Source: a virus
Taxonomy: Duplodnaviria; Caudoviricetes
Direction: 5' to 3' (one strand)
Virus record (IMG/VR): IMGVR_UViG_2061766007_000586
Span: 128,001 to 192,000 of that record
Length of the DNA stretch: 64,000 nt
Shown: positions 39,323 to 49,600 of the stretch, piece by piece
Position numbering within the stretch: position 1 is the first letter of the stretch
Layout: every line of letters starts with the position of its first letter
Program-made: the position numbers and the translations under genes
The notes under the pieces: model-generated
Databases searched by the model: none
The model's input: only the letters and a program-made list of their open reading frames with translations
What the model was told of the DNA's origin: nothing

Positions 39323-39354
39323 CCTATCTGGTGTCCAAATGGACACCAGATAGG
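39323..39354 (-). terminator. Intrinsic terminator
   Basis: CCTATCTGGTGTCCA/TGGACACCAGATAGG. Confidence 0.75.
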
Positions 39355-39363
39355 TAAATACGA

Positions 39364-40482
39364 TTAGAAGCTAAAGTCGCCAAAGGAGAAACGGCTGTTA
39401 TCTTCGTCAAACATATTCATTGCGTTCTTGAGTTCGCCATCATGCCCACCAGCAGGTGAAGCAACGGGAACTTTAATCGGCTCGGTCAGTTTGGCTTTCG
39501 GATCAGGTTCACCAATCGGGCAAACGTCGTTACCGTTACCATCTACGGGCTCTGCAGGCTTTGCAGTGCTACCGGACGGAAGTCCGTCTGGTTCAGCGAC
39601 GTTTGCATCATCGAAAAAAGATGCGAGGTCCTTAATGACTTCGTCGTTCTCATCTTCTTTCTTCTTGTCTTTGTCATCGCCTTCGAGAGGAGCACTCTTG
39701 GAAGCGCCATCATCATCAGAACCCTTATCGGCAGGCTTTTCGGCTTTATCGCCATCTTCAGCTTTTTCACCTTCGTCCTTGCCATCATCTTCACCTTCAT
39801 CATCACCGGAAGCGTCATCATCATCCTTCTTATCGAAGAAGTTCAGAACATCATCATACTCGGTAGACTTCTGTTTGGAGATTTCATCTTGACCAAAGGG
39901 TTCAGTCTTCATGCCGTTCGGATCATCCTTTTCGGGAAGAGCGCCAGCAGCAGGCTGACCTGCGGCTTCTTTTTCACCAGCCTGTTCGTTCTCTTTCGGG
40001 AGATCGACTTTGACAGGAGGAACTGGATCAGGATTTTCATCGAGGAAGTTAAAGAGATCATTAAGTTCCTTTTCAGGATCTTTCTTTTCTTCTTTATCAT
40101 CATCTTCGCCAGCATCGTCATCTGCGTCATCAGTCTTTTTGCCTTTCTTTTCAGCATCAAGAGCTTTTTCGGTGTTGGCATCTGCACCACCCTGGTCGCC
40201 TTTGGCTGCAGCTGCAGCAGCTTCTTCATCTTCTTTTTCGAGCTTGTCGAAGATATTCAGAAGTTCATCAAAAGCAGCGGACGGTTTGTCGCCAGTGAAA
40301 TCAGGATGATCACCAGCCGGTTCATTCTTAACGCCCTTCGGGTCGTCATTTTCAGGAAGATCACCAGTAGCAGGCTGTCCAGCAGCTTCTTTTTCAGGTG
40401 CTTTCTCATTATCTTTCGGAAGGTCAACAGTAGGATTAGACACAGGGTCTTCATCCATAAAAATATCTTTCCAATCAGCCAT
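39364..40482 (-). CDS. Highly acidic, disordered repeat protein (scaffold-like)
   Basis: D/E/K-rich; duplicated ~37-aa unit; periodic (L/M)xxF(F/L)D-type helices; ends FSFGDFSF. Confidence 0.7.
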   Translation of the reverse strand: MADWKDIFMDEDPVSNPTVDLPKDNEKAPEKEAAGQPATGDLPENDDPKGVKNEPAGDHPDFTGDKPSAAFDELLNIFDKLEKEDEEAAAAAAKGDQGGADANTEKALDAEKKGKKTDDADDDAGEDDDKEEKKDPEKELNDLFNFLDENPDPVPPVKVDLPKENEQAGEKEAAGQPAAGALPEKDDPNGMKTEPFGQDEISKQKSTEYDDVLNFFDKKDDDDASGDDEGEDDGKDEGEKAEDGDKAEKPADKGSDDDGASKSAPLEGDDKDKKKEDENDEVIKDLASFFDDANVAEPDGLPSGSTAKPAEPVDGNGNDVCPIGEPDPKAKLTEPIKVPVASPAGGHDGELKNAMNMFDEDNSRFSFGDFSF

Positions 40483-40505
40483 AATAAAATCCTTTATATT
40501 AAAGA

Positions 40506-41411
40506 TTATGGAGTGTAATTGACTTCGGCCATGTGTACGGAATAACCTGCTTCATAGGCCGTATAAGAAGCAGACTGTAGTAAGAACATAAGAGAACTTA
40601 GAGCAACAGTATAGCATTGTAGATCTGAAACTTTCTTCATAGCATTTTGAATGTCTTGCTTAGAATAAGATTCTGGCTTGATCTGTTTCACGTATTCTGC
40701 GACAGCTGTATACTTGCTGTTAATTGTAGCTACGATATCTTGCTTTTGTTGAACGATCTTAAGATAAGAAGGTGCTCCGTAATCAGCTGACGGACCAGCA
40801 AAATATTGTAATTCTGTATGGAATGCTTCAGTTGAATGACCTAAAGCTTCTAGAGATCCTGATTCGCTATTAAGCAAAGCATTAATTCTAGGATAATCGA
40901 GTTGACTATCTTTATAACTACACTTCAGTAATTTGACACAAGAGAACTTGATATCATCGTCAGCATGTTTGACAACGACATCAGCAAGTTGTTCAATGAT
41001 AGCAAGAGGATAATCATTCTTCTTGTTTTTACGGAAATACGTTACACGAGTATTCTTCAAATTATTATACACTTCTTCTCCGTAGATAGCAGTGAATACT
41101 TCATTTGATTTTAATAAAGGTGTAATGGATTCCTGAGACAACTTACATTGTTTCTCAAGTACATCAATGTAGCGAAGTGCAGCTTGCTGTAAGGTTGAAG
41201 CATATGCTACAATTTCTTTTGAGAATTTGTTCAGACTAGCAGTCACATTTGTAAGAGCCTCAATCGAGGATATTACACGTTTCTGGTCTTCACTTGAAAC
41301 AGGTTGCAACAGATTGTAATCTACAATATACGGTTTAATGTCTTGAAACGTTTCATGCGCTTCAACACTAAGCTCCATATATGCTTCTGCATTGTGTTGT
41401 AATTGTTTCAT
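40506..41411 (-). CDS. Putative head protein
   Basis: Start MKQLQH; SVE, SSE, SIE, SQE sites. Confidence 0.55.
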   Translation of the reverse strand: MKQLQHNAEAYMELSVEAHETFQDIKPYIVDYNLLQPVSSEDQKRVISSIEALTNVTASLNKFSKEIVAYASTLQQAALRYIDVLEKQCKLSQESITPLLKSNEVFTAIYGEEVYNNLKNTRVTYFRKNKKNDYPLAIIEQLADVVVKHADDDIKFSCVKLLKCSYKDSQLDYPRINALLNSESGSLEALGHSTEAFHTELQYFAGPSADYGAPSYLKIVQQKQDIVATINSKYTAVAEYVKQIKPESYSKQDIQNAMKKVSDLQCYTVALSSLMFLLQSASYTAYEAGYSVHMAEVNYTP

Positions 41412-41413
41412 AA

Positions 41414-42511
41414 TTATCTCTCGGCTACACAGCCAACACATTCACGTGGTTGTAAATACGTGTTGACACAAGTTATGAATTCCTGGCAGCAGAGGAATTG
41501 ATACGTGATAGAGGTATTAGACTTCCTAAACACAAAGCGATCGGAGAGATTCACTGTAGTGTTGGAAGGTAAGCATATCGCGTGGTTAAGGTTTAAGTCT
41601 CCGTAGCTTGCCACAGTTCTGGTGATGTCTTTTGCTAATGGTCCAGGTATTGCTTCTTTAGCCATGTCTATAATCCTGTTGAAGACGTCAGTCATACTGG
41701 TAGGAATACAGGATGTCCAGAAGAAGTTAGGATGTTTTAGCAGCATTTCTTCATCATAACTGATACAGAGTATGAACAGAAGCGTTTTAATATAATCTAC
41801 AATTTTGCTGAATTTTGTTCCACTGTCTTCATATGTCTCATTAAGAGCATAGATAGGACGTTTCACTTGTTTATCTCGATCGAGATTAAACAGCGGACGA
41901 TATAGGTCAATTACAGCACTGTAGAGAATATTGGTATAAGCTTCAAATTCTCCTTGACTTATAATGTAAGTCATACTTCCAGTCGTATTAGAACGATTAG
42001 GATTGAGAGGCATATCAATTCTACGAGCTATGTTAGAAACATAGTGAGAATTGATACTATTCGCAACAATCGTATCTCTCAGACTGTCTAAGACTTGCGT
42101 TTCTTTTGTAAATAAGTTGTAAGTTTTTAATTCCCTATTGAGAACTAACATTTCTTCAAAGAATGGTTTACACTGAGATGGAACAGCTAACATAACTGTT
42201 TCACTCAGTGATTTACCATTTCTTTTTGCTCTGACATTTTCGATCATGTCCAAGCATCTTTGTCTCTGGCAACTTAAGAAGAATTTCAAAATAGCATCAT
42301 TGTACTCAGTCATGAGCTGACCATATGCTTCTTTTGATAATCCTTGGGTGTTGATCCCATAAGTTTGAAAATAGATTTCAGCTAAGATGGGATCAACTAT
42401 AGGATAATTTCTTTTTAAGCAATTTAAGATAAACCATGAGCAAAGCAATGTAAATGGGCTGAAGAAACTTTCACAACCGTAAGGAGATCTACTATAATCC
42501 AGTTGGAGCAT
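41414..42511 (-). CDS. Putative virion protein
   Basis: 365 aa; SD AAGGAGG; in the structural operon. Confidence 0.6.
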   Translation of the reverse strand: MLQLDYSRSPYGCESFFSPFTLLCSWFILNCLKRNYPIVDPILAEIYFQTYGINTQGLSKEAYGQLMTEYNDAILKFFLSCQRQRCLDMIENVRAKRNGKSLSETVMLAVPSQCKPFFEEMLVLNRELKTYNLFTKETQVLDSLRDTIVANSINSHYVSNIARRIDMPLNPNRSNTTGSMTYIISQGEFEAYTNILYSAVIDLYRPLFNLDRDKQVKRPIYALNETYEDSGTKFSKIVDYIKTLLFILCISYDEEMLLKHPNFFWTSCIPTSMTDVFNRIIDMAKEAIPGPLAKDITRTVASYGDLNLNHAICLPSNTTVNLSDRFVFRKSNTSITYQFLCCQEFITCVNTYLQPRECVGCVAER

Positions 42512-42522
42512 AAGTACCTCCT

Positions 42523-43527
42523 TTAATCTTCATTGTAGTATGCGTTGATTTTCTGATCTAACTCAGCAATCATCTGATTGTAACTATCAATGATTTTAAC
42601 AGCCTTTGCATATTCTTCAGAGTTTGGATCTTTATCAGCAAGATCCATCTGGAGCATGGCTACATGTGCTTCGAGATTTTCTTTCTCTGCCTGAAGCTTA
42701 ACGTAGTATTTATGACGTGCTACGTTGTATAATTCGCCAAGCCATAAGAAAGGGTTAAGAGGATATTGACCAAGAATAAGATTGACAACTGAGAAACTTT
42801 TCTTGTCTCTACCCATCATAGGAATATTAGAACCTGTATTAGGATTAGAAATATAGATATTGTCTTTGGAAACTCTTAATTTCTTAAATTCGTTTAAGAA
42901 TGCAGTGTGCTTACCATTTGACATTCTGTTATAAGTTTCAATGAAATCATTTTTGAAATCATCCATGAACTTGTAACGATATGGTGCAACAGGTGCTAAT
43001 TCACGAATGCCGTTGTGTTGAACAATTTCATAAGTAGTAGTATTGAATAAGCACATGACATAATCAAGATATTTTCTTGCTTCTTCAACAACACTCAAAG
43101 CTGACACTTGGGACAGTTTTGTATTGTGAATGTTAATACTATCTGCTTGATCAAATACCAGATTTGCATTAGCATAGAAATTGCTCAGGACGTTTGAGAT
43201 TGCTTTAGCAGTTTTGATGATATCTTCAAAAGCTACTCTAGAATCATTACGAGATTTTACAGCTGCTACAATATCTGCATAGATTTTACAAGCTCTACCA
43301 CCATCAGCAGCTTGTGATGTATTCTTTGTATTGTAAATACGATCAGCAAGTTTCTGTCTTTCTTTGGTGGTGAATTTGTCAAACGCAGTAGTCAGAGCTT
43401 TGTAACGCTGAATTAAGACAGATAAACTATCTTTAAAGTTGCCTACAGTGATGGTACGTTCTTTAACAGTACCAAAAGCTTCTGTAGCAGCTTCTATTTG
43501 TTTATCAAGAACATATGGTGTAATCAT
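42523..43527 (-). CDS. Putative inner head protein (phiKZ gp90-like)
   Basis: ATE site; NPFLWLG followed by a C-terminal coiled coil; position in recalled phiKZ synteny. Confidence 0.55.
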   Translation of the reverse strand: MITPYVLDKQIEAATEAFGTVKERTITVGNFKDSLSVLIQRYKALTTAFDKFTTKERQKLADRIYNTKNTSQAADGGRACKIYADIVAAVKSRNDSRVAFEDIIKTAKAISNVLSNFYANANLVFDQADSINIHNTKLSQVSALSVVEEARKYLDYVMCLFNTTTYEIVQHNGIRELAPVAPYRYKFMDDFKNDFIETYNRMSNGKHTAFLNEFKKLRVSKDNIYISNPNTGSNIPMMGRDKKSFSVVNLILGQYPLNPFLWLGELYNVARHKYYVKLQAEKENLEAHVAMLQMDLADKDPNSEEYAKAVKIIDSYNQMIAELDQKINAYYNED

Positions 43528-43541
43528 GGAAATTATCCTTT

Positions 43542-44894
43542 TTAGAATCTAGGAGACATTCCTTGTGCGAACGAGGTCATGACATCTTTCAGATCAAAGC
43601 TATCTTGACCTTTTGCTCCAACTTTGTTGATCATAGCGAATGTATAAGTACCTTTGACATCTAAGCCATTATAGTACATATCGACAGTATTGTAAAGAGG
43701 ATCCACAACACAGATGATCATACTCCATGTCTTATTGAAGAATTTCTGACGTTGATTATTGTCTGCAAAATTGATATGATTTGTTCTGCAAGCACGATCA
43801 AACGTTGCTTTGTTTACAATAAGCATAGTGTTTGCCATGTTGTGTGATGGAGTTCCTTTACCGAACATCTTTAACCAGAATTTTGCTAATGCAGATTTCT
43901 GCTTCATTAACATTTCTGAAAGAATTCCATGTTTATCTTTCTTTAAGGCTTTGGATTGTTTCTTAATTAAATCCATTGAGAAGACAAAGTCTTTCCAGAA
44001 TGAAATTTCACCAGCTTTATACTGTCTCCAACGAGAAGATACCGGTGGGGAGAAGTTAGCTCCGATGTATCCATCAACAACTTCAGGTTTTAAGCAATAT
44101 GGGATTAATTGCACAATTAGATAAGCTTTAAATTGATAAGTTGATTCGGATCTAGTTGTAGATGAACTTGTAGATCCACCAGTATACGATACATCCTCAT
44201 GCTTATCAGTAGTAGCTTTATCTGGATTATTCTGTGTTGTTTTTGTTCCTTTGGTCTCAGTAGTAGTGGTTTCTGATCTAACATTACCATCTTTATCGTA
44301 TTCAACTTTTGTAGAAGTTCTCGGAGTAGTAGTGTTAGTTTCTACTTCCCCACGTGTCGTAGTTGTCGTGGTTTTTCCATGAGTTGTGGTTGTCGTACGA
44401 CCACCTTGTTCTGAAGTGGTAGATTCTGATAAAACCTGAGCACCTTGCATCGTGAGTTCGATAATACGAGTCACAGGAAGACGTTGCGTAGCAGGTTCTG
44501 ATTCGACTACAGGACCAGATTCAAAACTAGGAGATACTTTATACTTACCAAAGTTTTCAAGAATGTCTTTTACAACATTCACATTTTCTGTAGATACAAC
44601 TTCAAACTGTTCTCTTACCGTGCGTCCATTGGCGCACATGGTATCGAGATTCAGAGCAGTTAAGATGTAACTAACATAGAGTTGATTTAATACACCAACA
44701 AGAGGCGGACAAATGTCATCACGAAGAATCGAATCTTCGATATATAAACGTGACATAATGTTTGCACCTTTTGTATAGGCAGTCAGTGAAGTAGCTGAAT
44801 TTTTCTTCAGATTGTTACTGACATTTTTACCTGCAGCTTTAGCAATATCAGTTGCTTGAGAGATTAGTGCTGCCAAAGTAATTGGATCTGCCAT
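43542..44894 (-). CDS. Putative inner head protein (phiKZ gp89-like) with Thr-rich insert
   Basis: STE and SFE sites; GEISFWKDFVF; C-terminal GMSPRF; divergent from the baseplate genes. Confidence 0.6.
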   Translation of the reverse strand: MADPITLAALISQATDIAKAAGKNVSNNLKKNSATSLTAYTKGANIMSRLYIEDSILRDDICPPLVGVLNQLYVSYILTALNLDTMCANGRTVREQFEVVSTENVNVVKDILENFGKYKVSPSFESGPVVESEPATQRLPVTRIIELTMQGAQVLSESTTSEQGGRTTTTTHGKTTTTTTRGEVETNTTTPRTSTKVEYDKDGNVRSETTTTETKGTKTTQNNPDKATTDKHEDVSYTGGSTSSSTTRSESTYQFKAYLIVQLIPYCLKPEVVDGYIGANFSPPVSSRWRQYKAGEISFWKDFVFSMDLIKKQSKALKKDKHGILSEMLMKQKSALAKFWLKMFGKGTPSHNMANTMLIVNKATFDRACRTNHINFADNNQRQKFFNKTWSMIICVVDPLYNTVDMYYNGLDVKGTYTFAMINKVGAKGQDSFDLKDVMTSFAQGMSPRF

Positions 44895-44962
44895 ATATCT
44901 CTCCTTTCAAAAGTTAATTATGTTAAAACGTTATATCATTAATATTAATAGATGTAGAACAG

Positions 44963-44971
44963 CATAGTATG
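44963..44971. promoter_or_regulatory. Back-to-back late-promoter-like TATG pair
   Basis: CATAGTATG gives TATG on both strands between two divergent structural operons; the phiKZ late consensus is TATG. Confidence 0.35.
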
Positions 44972-44994
44972 TTCACCGTTAAACTCCAATTTTA

Positions 44995-46623
44995 ATGAAA
45001 GTATTTCATATGTTTGGTGCTATTAAAAACGCTTTACTTGGTAAACGTTCTGGTGGCGGTGGTGGTACATTCGGCGGTGGTGGAGCCTCAGGAAGCTGGG
45101 GTAAACCAGAAGAAATCAAACCGCAAGCTGAACAGGTGATACGCGAGTTTTTACCTGATAGCATTCCTGAAGAGGAAAGGAAAAAGCCTCTTCATGAGAT
45201 TGCAAAATATGAAAATGAAAATGGTGAAAATGTAGGCGTCTCTGCTCTCGGAGACGCCTATAATGCCGCGTTGGATTATTATTCAGCACAATCGCCAGCT
45301 TACAGCGATGATATAGGAAATTTGCTACTCGATCTTGCTTCCTTATCATCTGGGTCAGGAACGTTTTACAATCAATTACAGAATTTCATGATTGGGTTTG
45401 ATAAGTATGGAAAATCTTTACTTATGCCTAATGTTGAATTTCCTGGTATGATTTTTTTCTCAAGACCGAGACTATGTTTACAATCATCTAATATTCGTAA
45501 CGTACCTGTTATGATGCCATTGGATACAAGTAATCCGACTAGCATTGCATTTGCATTACGTTGCTTATTAGATACAAATTTAATTAAAGACGAGCAAACA
45601 CGCAATTATCAACGATATAGTTCTGCTGCAAATATCTGTCCACTGTTTAATTCAGAATCACCATGGTTAGTTCCACTATCGAATGCTATTACTTCATTCT
45701 CTGGATTACCAGATTTCAATATTGATATTGAAACAACACCTGGAGGATGGTTTAAAGAAGCACAGAGTTATGCAGTTGGAAGTTCTGATTTCAGTGAAGG
45801 ATGCGATATCACTTGTGAATTCCGTGAAATCCCTGGTGGTATTATTCATGCTTTATTCTTCTACTGGATGAACTATATTCGCAATGTAACACGTGGTACT
45901 TTACTTGCATATCCTGATGATATTGATGGACAGATTATTAACTATACAGTTAGTATCTACTTCTTCATGATGGATCCGTCCATGTTGTATATTACAAGAT
46001 GGGCGAAATGTACAGGATGCTTCCCAACCTCATTGAACCTTGGATCTATCTTTTCAAAGTCCCAAGGTTCTTATGCTCCATCTGATGCTGCGCAAAGAGT
46101 TAGTGTAACATTCAAATGCAATAAAGTTGAATTTATGAAACCAGAATGCTTGCTGGATTTCAATACACTTGCTGTAAGATATTGTCCTGATATCAATAGA
46201 TTGAAAGATGCAAAATCTGCAGAATCAGATTCCATTACAGGAAGACAACCTGTTAATATGAAGCGTCCTGGTATTCCAGATTCAGCATTTGCTAATTTCT
46301 GTGGATTACCATTCATTGTATCGGATCCAAATGGATATCGTTTGATTTATCGTCAATCAGAAAAAGATTTATTCTCGAATCCAGTTATTCGTAGATTAAT
46401 TGCTTGGGATGTGGCCAGATCAGAAAAAGAATGGTCTACAGGAGCGGATAATTCTACATTTACGTTATATCAAAAATACACTTACGGTGATTTTTATAAT
46501 AACGATGTTACATCAATGAAATATGCTGATGTTGACGGACAGATTCGAGTTAATCCATTCTCGTTTGATGAAGTAATTAAAAGTATTCAGAATGGTACAT
46601 TTGTTGGAACTAATCAAATGTAA
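44995..46623 (+). CDS. Putative baseplate/tube-initiator-like protein (phiKZ gp88-like)
   Basis: GMIFFSRPRL, SFSGLPD, YTVSIYFF, GCFPTS tube-fold-like motifs; precedes the large wedge gene. Confidence 0.6.
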   Translation: MKVFHMFGAIKNALLGKRSGGGGGTFGGGGASGSWGKPEEIKPQAEQVIREFLPDSIPEEERKKPLHEIAKYENENGENVGVSALGDAYNAALDYYSAQSPAYSDDIGNLLLDLASLSSGSGTFYNQLQNFMIGFDKYGKSLLMPNVEFPGMIFFSRPRLCLQSSNIRNVPVMMPLDTSNPTSIAFALRCLLDTNLIKDEQTRNYQRYSSAANICPLFNSESPWLVPLSNAITSFSGLPDFNIDIETTPGGWFKEAQSYAVGSSDFSEGCDITCEFREIPGGIIHALFFYWMNYIRNVTRGTLLAYPDDIDGQIINYTVSIYFFMMDPSMLYITRWAKCTGCFPTSLNLGSIFSKSQGSYAPSDAAQRVSVTFKCNKVEFMKPECLLDFNTLAVRYCPDINRLKDAKSAESDSITGRQPVNMKRPGIPDSAFANFCGLPFIVSDPNGYRLIYRQSEKDLFSNPVIRRLIAWDVARSEKEWSTGADNSTFTLYQKYTYGDFYNNDVTSMKYADVDGQIRVNPFSFDEVIKSIQNGTFVGTNQM

Positions 46624-46647
46624 CTCGTTAAGTAAAAGGAGTTAATT

Positions 46648-49600
46648 ATGCCTATTCTTGTTAGTGACTCTGCTGCAGAAGAATCATTGCAGGCGTACAC
46701 GAGTCCACTAAGCCTTCAGACAAAAGCGTTAGATGATTTGTCTGAGAAGGTTTTAAACGGCGATGTTGTTGCAGATGGAAATAATCCATTTACATTCTTA
46801 ACAGAATTTGCATCTAACATGACAGCCGGTATTGTTAATAAAGCTTGTGAATGTTTTAATAGTCTTTATCCTGAAAATGCACAGACTTCTTCAGAACTAT
46901 ATAAACATCTTTCAGATTTTGGTTATGTTGGAATGTTTGCTACACCAGCTACTACTACGGTAGAGCTGGTGTTTGATCGTAACTTCTTGATCGATCATGC
47001 AGTTACAAGCGAACCAGATGATACAGATTTAAATCAAGATGTTACACGTGTTTCAGGTCAATATAGTAAAGTTGTTATTCCTGCTTACAGTAAGTTTACA
47101 GTTGGCGATATGTCATTTGGTATGATGTATCCGATTGAAATCCATATTCGTAAAGCATTTAAGAATGGGGATATCAATGATGAAATAGACTATAACAATA
47201 GTGTCATTACTGTTCTTTGGGATACTACATACCAGAATCCTCTTATGCCTCTGAAAGGTTCTATTCTTCAGCATAGAGATTTTATTCAAGACGGTATGAT
47301 GCTCACGGCTATTGAAGTTCCTATTTATCAGTTTGAAGTTGAAAATCATACTGAGAATGCGATTGCTTCTACTGGATTTGCAAAGAGATATGATTATCAT
47401 AACAAGTTCTATGCTATTCGTGTTTTCCATTTTAAGAATGGATATTGGCAGGAACTGAATCAAACATTCTCTGATACGAATTATGATGTTGATATTCCGA
47501 CAGCTATTATCAAAGTCTTACAAGATCTTGGTAAAGTTGAAGTTGTAATTCCTCACATCTATTTCAATTCCCCGGATACTGTCACAGTTATTGGTAATCG
47601 TATTCTCGTTAAGATCTATACAACTCTTGGTGAAGTTAGTGTAGACTTATCAGATTTCCAGATTGATCAATTCCAAGCTTCGTTCTTATTAAGTGATACG
47701 AGTTTGATGGAAGATGATAGATATAGTAATATGTTAAAACGTATTCCAAATGTTTACATTATTCCTCTGTCTAATCGTATCGCTTCAGGTACAAACGGTA
47801 TTACATTTAATGAATTAAAGAATCGTGTGAAATACAACAACTCTTTCACTGTAAAAATTACTCCAAGTGATTTAGAGAATTATTTTGCTACTTCTGGTTA
47901 TTCATTTACAAAACCGCTTGACAATATTACAGATCGTGTGTACTGTGCCCACAAGATTATTACCGATGGTACAGGAACTCCTGTTGCATCTGGTATGGGT
48001 CAGTCCATTATTAGTACATCGATGACGAATGATGAAGAATATAGTGATTCAATTGTTCGTTTGGATGATGATACATTTACTATTCTTCCATCTGCTTTGT
48101 ATTTGTACGATGATGAAAAGCATGAATTCAATATTTGTACTAATACACAAAAAAGTGAACTCTTACGTGATAGTGAAATAGTTGATACATTCAACAATAA
48201 TCTCTATACGTATAGTCCTTTCCATGTTGTTGTTTCTAATGCTAGAAGAAAACCGATTGCCGGTACATACGACTTATTTAATCCATCTTTAAGAAGCATT
48301 ATGCTTGACTGGGAAAATGAGCGTATTACTACATCAGCTTCTATTTACAACGCAACAATTCATCCAATTAATGAAGGTGATAAAACCGTTGGTTATCGTC
48401 TTCGTGTTGCCATTTTTAAAACTGCTGATATTACCTTTCCATCCGTAGAAGAAGATAATCAGAATATTCGTGTTCTCTTAACTGTAGAAACGGATGATGG
48501 TAGATTAGCTCATCTATTTGGTACTTATGCAGGAACAAATGATACGGGTCATGACGTTTTCGATTTTGATCTGTTATCGACATTCCGTATTAAACCAGAA
48601 GGATCAATTCATGTTTCTACATTACAACATGAGTTAGGTAAAAACTTTGATGTATTTGTTCCAATTAAAGAACATAAGTACACAATTTCGTTCTTCTTAG
48701 CTGACGAAAAGATTCCAGATGAAAATGAAAGAGCAAATTCTAAAAATAATGTAAATAGATTTTCTCTTCCTGATTCATTAGAAAAGTACACGATGCTATG
48801 TCGTCAGTACTTTACACTTAAATTAGGTGAATCTATTCCTTTGCTTCAGAATAACATTACAATCTCAACTACAGAAGAAGCTTATAAAACGTATAACTCC
48901 ATGCAGTTTGCTACTTATCAGTCTCCTATTTATGCAAGATATACCATTGCAGATGTTGAGAACAATAGTGCTACTATTGAGCAGATAGGGATGTTAAAAG
49001 TAGATGATGCAGGTAAACCAGTCATTGGACATGATGTTGATGAAGTTATTATTAATCATTATGCCGATTTAGATTTTGGTGCTGTATTATCTATTAAGCT
49101 AACTGAAAACAAAATAGTAGATGGAAAGACTACTAAAACTTCCTATGATGAAGAATTAGGGTTAGTCGCATTTAATAAACCATATTCTACACCTAATGAT
49201 ATTTGGAAAGCAATTGATGGTGATTTATATGTTCTATGTGAATCAGTTCCAGAATTCTCTGGTATTTATATATTAGAGAATACAGGAGGAGATACAGAAC
49301 GCGTTTGGAAGCAATCTTATCGTGTTGTAAAAGAGATTTTTGATGAGTCTATTTTACATTTAAACAAAGTTGTTTACAAGATCACAGTTCCAAATGAACA
49401 CGGATTAGATCCCTACCATTATACTGTTGAAGAACCTAATACAAACGATGTTTTTGATAGAGTAATAGATCCGGATACTGAAGAGAATTGTTTTTATTCA
49501 TGCAATAGCGATACTGTGAAAAGTTTAATTCCTGCAAAACCATTAAAGGATATTAATACTTCAGCAACAGGTTATGATAGAAAATGGTTCTTTATTTCAA

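Noticed and set aside
39428-40518. Several long + strand and alternate-frame ORFs over the acidic protein gene
   Set aside because: Shadow ORFs caused by low-complexity, biased codons.
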